Assembly (NCBI GenBank): GCA_963693365.1
Contig: CAVNZM010000010.1
Span: 930,001 to 994,000, forward strand
Source: Amoebidium appalachense
Taxonomy: Eukaryota; Protista; Ichthyosporea
DNA length: 64,000 nt
Direction of reading: 5' to 3'
The notes beneath the pieces are model-generated. The model made no database searches, was not told the DNA's origin, and saw nothing but the letters and a program-made list of their open reading frames with translations. A program made the translations under genes and the position numbers. Numbering within the stretch: position 1 is the stretch's first letter; every line of letters begins with the position of its first letter. Positions 45,218 through 64,000 of the stretch are shown one piece after another.

Positions 45218-46990
45218 AAAAGGATTAGAAAAGAGAAGAAAGTGAGAGAGTATAAAAGAAAAGAAAATAAGAAAGAGGGAGAGAAAGACAGAAAGAGAGG
45301 AAGAGAGGAAGATAGAAAGAACGAAAGAACGAAAGAAAGGGAAAGAAAAAAGAAAAGAAAAGAAAAGAAACCCCACTAAACATTCCCCTGCAGGAAAAAA
45401 GTCGAAACGAATCATAATCAATGTCTTTCGTTCTCTCGGTCAAAAATCCAGACTCGTTCTTCTTCTCCTTATGGGCATATTCTCAATCAAGGTGTATAAT
45501 ATACCCATTAGAGAAGTTGGGAAAAAAGTGACCTTACTCCCCACCCCCTTCCCTGCTTACCTTCTTCCATCCCCAACCACTTCTGACCTCCAGAGCCCCC
45601 CCCCCCCCCAAAAAAAAAAAAAGCCCCCACCCATCCATCTCTCTCTCTCTCTCTCCCCCCCCCCCCTCTCCCCCCCCCCCCCCCCACACACACACACACA
45701 AAAAATGAAATGGGGGGAGAGCGGTGTGGGGGATTGTGCCTATGCCCCAGACATGTGTATTTACATGTTCACAAAGGTGTGTGCAACACCCAAATAGACG
45801 CACGTGCGTACACCAGCACAGACAAACACTGCAAGCTACAAAAAAGAAAGAAAATAGTATCACGGGAAAAAAGGAACGGGGCAAGCGGTCTATGCAGAGT
45901 TGGTTAAGAAAGAAGGGATGAATGGAGAGATGGGGGGAGGAAGGAAAAGGGGCCGGGGGGGGGAGGGGGGGGGAGGGGGAGGGGGGGGGGGGAGGGGGTG
46001 GGAGAGAGAGAGACAGAGAGGGGAGGTGAGGGAAAGAGAGTGAGAACGAGGGCAAAATAGAGGGGGAAGGAAGGGGAGGGCCGGGAGAGCAGTGCAGAGA
46101 GAGAGAGAGAGACAGAGAGAGACAGAGACGGAAAGAGATAGAGAGAGGGAGGGAGGGAGGGGGGGGAGGGGGGGGGAGAGAGAGAGGGAGGGAGGGGGGA
46201 GGGTGGGTGGGTGGGTGGGTGGGTGGGGAGGGAGGGAGGGAGGGGAGGAAGGGAGGAAGGGACGGAGGGACGGAAGGAGGGAGGGAGGGGAGGGAGGGAG
46301 GGGAGGGAGGGAGGGAGACAGGAGGAGGGAAGGGGGGAGGGGGGAGGGGTAGGGAGAGGGAGGGGGTGAAGAAAAAGAGGAGGGGAGGAAGAGAGGGTGA
46401 GAGAGAGTTTGTGTCTGTGCGCCTATCGTGATAGCCCGAGTAAGAGTTCAAACAGAGGAGAGGAGGAGGGAGGAGGTAACGACCAACTGTTTGAACCAGA
46501 AGTGATAAATGGGAAAAGTTAGAAGGGAAGCACGGGCAATGGAGAGCCTAAAAAAAGGAGGGGCGAGGGTTGGAGAGATCAGTTTTTAAGTAGAATCGGG
46601 CGGGCATTTGGGGGGAGGGGGGGGGGGGGGGGGGAGGGGGGGGGGAAGAGATCCCGTGGGGAAAGCCTGTCCGAGATGTGTGAACAAAGCTCGTTTGAAA
46701 CATAAAAGAATCCAACTAATTAAGTATGTGCTATTCCAAGAAAGCCTCAAAGCACTCAGTCTCAAGAGGCAAAAAAACACCCAAAGCCTTGGTCCCTAGA
46801 TATTGTCCAGATGCAATACTTTTCCAAATTCGAAAGGAAACCAATCCAGCAGAATCCAGAACCTACCTTCAGGGGCAAACGAAACCGACTTTCTCTGCTT
46901 TTTTGTCTCGATGGTGGCGGACTGATTTGTGTTCGAGCTGCCGGCTTCATTCTCGTTTGGCAGTTCAGGGAGATCTTGAAAGTCTGCCAT
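37309..46990 (-). CDS. RPAP2: RNA polymerase II-associated protein 2 / Rtr1-type CTD phosphatase (about 581 aa, 10 exons)
   Basis: Exons 46990-46867, 44746-44463, 43932-43831, 43150-43002, 42622-42587, 41724-41084, 39819-39747, 39111-39026, 38555-38492, 37495-37309, all phase-consistent (1746 nt). Rtr1/RPAP2 zinc-finger region [19 protein letters not shown]...[12 protein letters not shown]...[21 protein letters not shown]-terminal [16 protein letters not shown] and [17 protein letters not shown] blocks resemble animal RPAP2. Confidence 0.88.
39893..40382. repeat. Intronic 20-bp minisatellite (GTGTGTGTGTGATTGCGTGA)n, roughly 24 units
   Basis: Directly visible tandem array inside the RPAP2 intron 39820-41083, adjoining the (CA)n acceptor tract. 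Confidence 0.92.
40793..40898 (-). repeat. Family A copy in an RPAP2 intron (others at about 37935-38010, 42848-42938, 44092-44200, 44990-45097)
   Basis: Reverse complement ctgagaatgggctctgcttatg..actctgtgtggtttgcgctcggcattgtgttacccg..gtgcactctatactttatggcacattcaaac. Confidence 0.78.
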
Positions 46991-47281
46991 GATGAACAAA
47001 GCTAGATTCTACGGTTTCCCGAACAAACCAAAATCTTGCTAGGTGACGGCACTTTGTGCTAGTGAAAAAAGGGGGGAATAAGGTGTTGCGTGAGCAACCA
47101 ACAATGCGTGAGCAAGCCAACAACGGGAGCGCTATAACTACCAGCCTTATAGCTATTACAAGCCCATTACACATCAGCACACAAACACCGGGATGTCAGG
47201 TGCACATGCTCCCTGCCATGGTCCTCTCTGACTGAGACTCCAGGTAAGTTGTGCTTCACGTTGCAGGTTGCTTACGTGTAA

Positions 47282-47358
47282 TTACGTCATCTGTTTAGAA
47301 AGCTACGATGACGTCATAACATTAACGGCAAAATTCGGCCAAACCAAAAGTGACGTCA
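47282..47358. promoter_or_regulatory. Cluster of CRE/ATF-type (bZIP) motifs upstream of RPAP2
   Basis: TTACGTCA at 47282-47289 and perfect TGACGTCA palindromes at 47309-47316 and 47351-47358, about 290-370 nt upstream of the RPAP2 ATG. Function is inferred. Confidence 0.4.
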
Positions 47359-48202
47359 TACGGGTACGGTAAAGTTCGAAAAGGCCGGGTTGACTGGAGG
47401 AGTCGTTGATCAAGTCCAGATTAGCCTCGTTCATTCGTTTTTTTTGTATTTTTCTGTTGTGTTATTTTTGATTTTTCTTGGTGGTTGTGGTGGTGGTGGT
47501 GGTGCGATTGAAGTGCGTGTGTGGGTGCATGTGTCCACGTGACACTACGCCTGTCTGCGCGTGTGTGGGCCCGGGGGAGGGGGAGGAAGGGGGAGGGGGG
47601 GCGGGGGGGTTGGTTTCCGAATTATGAGAAGGGCTCATATATATGCATGCCAGGACAATGATTATTCTCCTCCCCCCCCCCCCCCCCCCCGCAGCCCCCC
47701 TCCCCCCCCCCCCCCCCCGACCCCCCTTTAACTTTCCCCCCCAACCCCCTCCCCCCCCCCTTTTTTTGCCCCCTCGGGACTTCCCCCCCACCCCAGCCCC
47801 TTGACCGCCCCCCCCCCCCCCCCCCCCCCCCCCCCGCCGCCCCCGCCCCGACTCTTTTTTTAAAAAAAAAAAAGAAAATCCTTTAAAGGCCCTTTGAAAA
47901 GGAAAAATCCCTCCCCCCCCCCCCCCCCCCCCGCCCCGCCCCCAAAGTTTCCCCCAGCTGCAGTTCCCTTTTCATCCCTAAAACCCATAATTTATATATA
48001 TATTTATGACATAGTTATGTTTTTGAAAAGTTTGTACAATGTGGGTGTGGGTGTGGAGGGGGGGGGAGGGAGGGGGGGTGGGGTTGAGGGGCCGAGGGGG
48101 GACGGGGGGGGGCGAGGTCGAGAGGGGGGGTGGGGAGGGGGGGGGGGGGGGGGGGGGGGGGGAGAGGGGGAGGGGAGGGGGAGATTGCACCATCACTGAG
48201 TA

Positions 48203-49741
<1,539 letters not shown>

Positions 49742-50653
49742 TATGTGGTAAATGCACCGGTGGATCTGTCACAGTCACGGCGATGCATACCCGGTGTGTG
49801 TGTGTGTGTGTGTGTTCAAGTTGTGTGCATGTGCATGCACCTGAGACACAGCCGGGGGATTTTTGCCATTCCGAGGAGGTCTTGCATTTGCTTTGAATCA
49901 GACGGAGTAACCCAGTCACTGTGCCGTGGACATGTACAGGCCCAGTGTGCCCCGTGTGTGTGTGTACATTGTGTGTGTGTGTGTGTGTGTGTGTGTTTGT
50001 GGGGGGAGGGGGGAGGGAGGGGGGGAGCCCGGGGGGGGGGCATAATAGTTTTTCGGATCGGCTGAGTTTGTAGCGATGCGGATCGCCCCTTAAAGCGCTT
50101 TGCTGGTCGTGAAACATAAATTTGAGGTTAGGAAGCCTATAACTTTTACTGGCATTGTTTTGTAGAAATATTGGTCCTGCAGGCAGCGCTGCAGCTAAAA
50201 CAGTCACTAGCAACGTGACAAAACCAACCTTTTATGGCTAGCCACGACTGCCCAAAACTTTACGTAAATGGTTGGCTAAATTTGATTGGGTAACGTCTCG
50301 CAGTGCCATCAGGCTGGGGGTTTGGGGGGGGGGGGGGGTTGCCCACAGGAACTTTTGCACTAGAGTCTAATAATACTCAACTGTGTCAAGAATTCGTTTC
50401 ACAAAGTTAAAACTTTGATAACTTATTGGTATGCTACTATCTACAATATCATGCACGTACCCAATGGCTGCCCGTTTTCGTTTACTTTCTGTCATCTTGT
50501 GGGCAGCCAAATAAACACGACTTCTGTTAGACATAAGCCCTCCACGTCGTAACGTAACGGGGGAGGGGCCCGGGAGTGGGGTAGGTTGTTGGGGTGTCAA
50601 CAGAAGGTGCACGTGTTTGAGGTGGGGTGGATGAGTGGGTGGGTGGTGGTGGT

Positions 50654-50710
<57 letters not shown>

Positions 50711-51209
50711 CATGTGAGTGGAACTTCGGAATGATTTGAAACGGCGCGGGCTGGTCAGTGAGCCAGACGACAGTCAGCAAGAGAGTATAATTTAAGGCTT
50801 GTAGAGAAACACACACACCTATTAGCTTAACAAGTACAAAACACATTCAGAAAAGAATACCAGTAGACAGAATCCCATATTGAACAAGGAATTGAGGCCG
50901 ATGTATAGTTGTTCAGTGTAGTGAACGTTAACTAATAAACTTTGATGATGTTCGGATGACAATAAAATCCTTTAGGCTTCCTCATTTTTGGTCCGAATAA
51001 TTAAGCTGCAGTGCAGTGCACGGCGTATCCGATATGCATTATTGGTAGAAGCAACTACTGTATATGATATAGGAGCAGTTTAATGTCACTAAGAGCCAGC
51101 ACAGCCATTGCTAGCTTCTCTTCCGACCTGGCCTACCCGCCTGCAGCTACTTTTTCACAGTCACGTTATCCTCGTCGTCAGCTATCATCCGATTCATGAT
51201 GTACACACG

Positions 51210-51254
<45 letters not shown>

Positions 51255-51536
51255 GGCAGGCACACATACATTTGCACACCACACACACCTGGCAGAGAGC
51301 AATATAGGGTCATGTAAGAGGTGGGGCAGAGTAGTGTGCATGTATTTTGTATAGTGTTGGGTAGGTAGTAGTCGGTGATTCGTTGCAGTCCGGGCACTGT
51401 GTGCCGTGGTCGTGGGTGTGTATACCTCGTCACGTATATCTCTTCATATCTAGTCCGGCCACGAACATAGGGTATACATTTCCTTAGTGCAGAAAAGTTT
51501 CTCGTTTTGGTTTTTTTTTTTTTGTGGTTTGTGTGT

Positions 51537-51595
<59 letters not shown>

Positions 51596-51819
51596 GACCC
51601 GCAACTTCAAACACCAAAGTTTTCTTTCTGTACTCTTACTTTCATAGGGTTTTTGAAAAGGTTTTTGAAAACGAGGGTTCTCAAATTTTGATAAAAATTC
51701 AGTGAGCTGTGTGGGGTTTTTGCAACAGATATCACGATTTCTGCCAATTTTATAATTCTGATCGCCTTTATTGTTACCCGGTGGAGTGGAGCATATTTGG
51801 ATAGACACTCTATCCACTG

Positions 51820-52153
51820 GCATATAGAGTATTTCTTGATTGATAATATTCGTAAAGAATATTCTTCGACAAGAGTTATTCACATAGAGTATTCCTTGAT
51901 AAATTATATTCGTGTGGGATATGCCTTGTTCAGAATTATTCACATATGAGCATTCCTCATTTTGACTTATTCACATAAAGACGGCCCTAAAGTTATTCAA
52001 ATAGAAGATTCCATAGTTACTCCACAGTGACTCCTTGCAAGTGATATCATTCACACAGACTATTCCTTACTCGGAACTTATTCACATAGAGTATACCTTT
52101 ATTCATGTTGTTCACCAAGAGTTTTCCTTACTAGCTATAGCACTCGGAATTTT

Positions 52154-52175
<22 letters not shown>
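51820..52175. repeat. Degenerate ~30-bp minisatellite (core TTATTCACATAGAGTATTCCTTGAT) overlapping the CaMK stop codon and 3'UTR
   Basis: About 12 diverged units near 51821, 51845, 51875, 51905, 51935, 51967, 51992, 52016, 52046, 52077, 52107 and 52150. The last unit is the coding end IKEYSM*. Confidence 0.8.
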
Positions 52176-62518
<10,343 letters not shown>

Positions 62519-64000
62519 TTTTGTTTCTAGTGAATACAGCCTCAGTGTTAAGTTAATGTAGGTGCTAACGCCGCATCCAGACAGGTTCTCTCACTAATTA
62601 ATTAAGTCGCATGAAGTGAGACTAACAAAATATGTGTTGTAGCCCCTTGCCGTTCTACTTTCGATGTTCTACGTAAGCGCTCATCAGGCTGAGAGCTTGA
62701 GTAAACTTTTAAGGCGTAAGTCTTACGACTGTGTCTGCGAAGCACAGACCCTGTTTGAAGCCTATTCAAAAGTCAATACGTCACGCCCTTTCTCCAGCCC
62801 TGATTCGTTAGTTCTATGCAATTATTATGCAAATGTGTGCTGGCTTGTATATCAGCTTCGTTTCTTTCTTTCTTTTTTTTTTTACCCCCAAACTGAGAAG
62901 TTTTCGCCCTGAGCTCATGATCAGCATGAGACAAGGAGTCGGCGCGAACTTCGATCGCTGCTCCGAGCCGATCCATATATGCTGCTCTGAACGGAAGCAA
63001 CGTTGCGCGCCAAGAATTCAAATAAGATCGATTTGATTGGATGGCAATAAATGGCATTATTCAGCAACGAATTGGCTCTGCACAGATAACCATAAATGGG
63101 TATTTTTATGAATTTTAATCTCAATAATTAGCGCATAGTCATGTAACCATCGGAATGCCCGAGGCGAACCACTCAAACTCAAGAAACACACTCACACAGG
63201 CTTAAAATTCGTCAAAGATACATAATAAAACCAAAATTTAAAAACAAAAGTTAAATTCCTTTTATCCTGATGTAGATCGCGACAGTAGAAACCTGCAATT
63301 ATCCTTTTACTGCACGGGGTATTGATTTCCGCAAAGGTAAAACTCAGTCGGCAGGTGTTATGTTCCTTAGGCAACACCGTACTGATCATTATCGCTTTTT
63401 GGGAGCTTTGGCAGGATATATTTCTCCTGCTGTACGTATGGATACCACCCTAGTAGATAAGTCTGTATGGTGCTCTGATGTTGATATTGCCTGGGAAGTT
63501 GTGCAGTGGCGTTGTAATTTTTGTTTTCATCGCCGCTGGTGCCACTTTTGTGCTGAACTTTTTAATCGCAAGCATGTTGATAGGTGTGAGTTTTTATGTC
63601 GCGTTTTACCTCTTTCCCTACGGGTGTCTGCTACACTGGCTGGCAATGTGACCACTTCAGATTTTTTGTTGAATTCTGTTGGTCGTCACATTGAGTATTT
63701 ATATGATTTTCACACAGTGTTCAGGTATCTCAGTATGCACTTGTTACTGGATAACTCGTGAAGTTTTTTTTATTGTCTTCTCATGATGCCGTGCATACTT
63801 GCATATCATTCCGTCGAATAAATCCAGTCAAAAGAAAAAAATTATTCTTGTCAATGAGTCAGAGAAGGGGATTCAAAGTGGGCCAAAATGTTTGTTTTTA
63901 GTTATCTCCTTGGATTTTGAGTCCTATTTAGCAAAATCACCGATGTTGGATTCAACTTGCCGTCCCGAAACGCGTGATTTTGGAACGTGCGACGAGGGGG

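Noticed and set aside
63360-63761. 133-aa + strand ORF and a possible minus-strand terminal exon at about 63554-63367
   Set aside because: No recognisable motifs and no consistent exon chain within the window. It may belong to a gene beyond the window end.

Overview
Eukaryotic, intron-rich genomic DNA. Its introns and intergenic spacers are packed with G/C homopolymers and (CA)n/(GT)n/(GA)n microsatellites, so almost all ORFs in the six-frame track are low-complexity artefacts. Manual splicing with phase-consistent GT-AG junctions gives six genes: cytosolic seryl-tRNA synthetase (-, 5' part only), myo-inositol oxygenase (+), class I-alpha DAHP synthase (-), NDP-glucose 4,6-dehydratase (+), RPAP2/Rtr1 (-) and a CaMK1-like kinase (-). 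The window also holds a 5'-truncated poly(A)-tailed non-LTR retrotransposon, a TA-flanked TIR element (Tc1/mariner-type, non-autonomous) and a probable unrecognised multi-exon gene or pseudogene at about 12-16 kb. Animal-like housekeeping proteins next to a shikimate-pathway enzyme suggest a unicellular opisthokont such as an ichthyosporean (inference only). The most unusual signals concern intron architecture. (1) A ~110-nt repeat family is found only in introns, always in transcript-sense orientation, and often ends in a branch-point-like CATTCTAAC. (2) Many splice sites are built directly from microsatellites, with GTGTGT donors and (CA)n-CAG acceptors lacking a U-rich tract. (3) Degenerate 'echo' duplications of exon boundaries occur in four of the six genes. 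One copy of the DAHP synthase last exon may act as an internal exon of a neighbouring gene in another frame.
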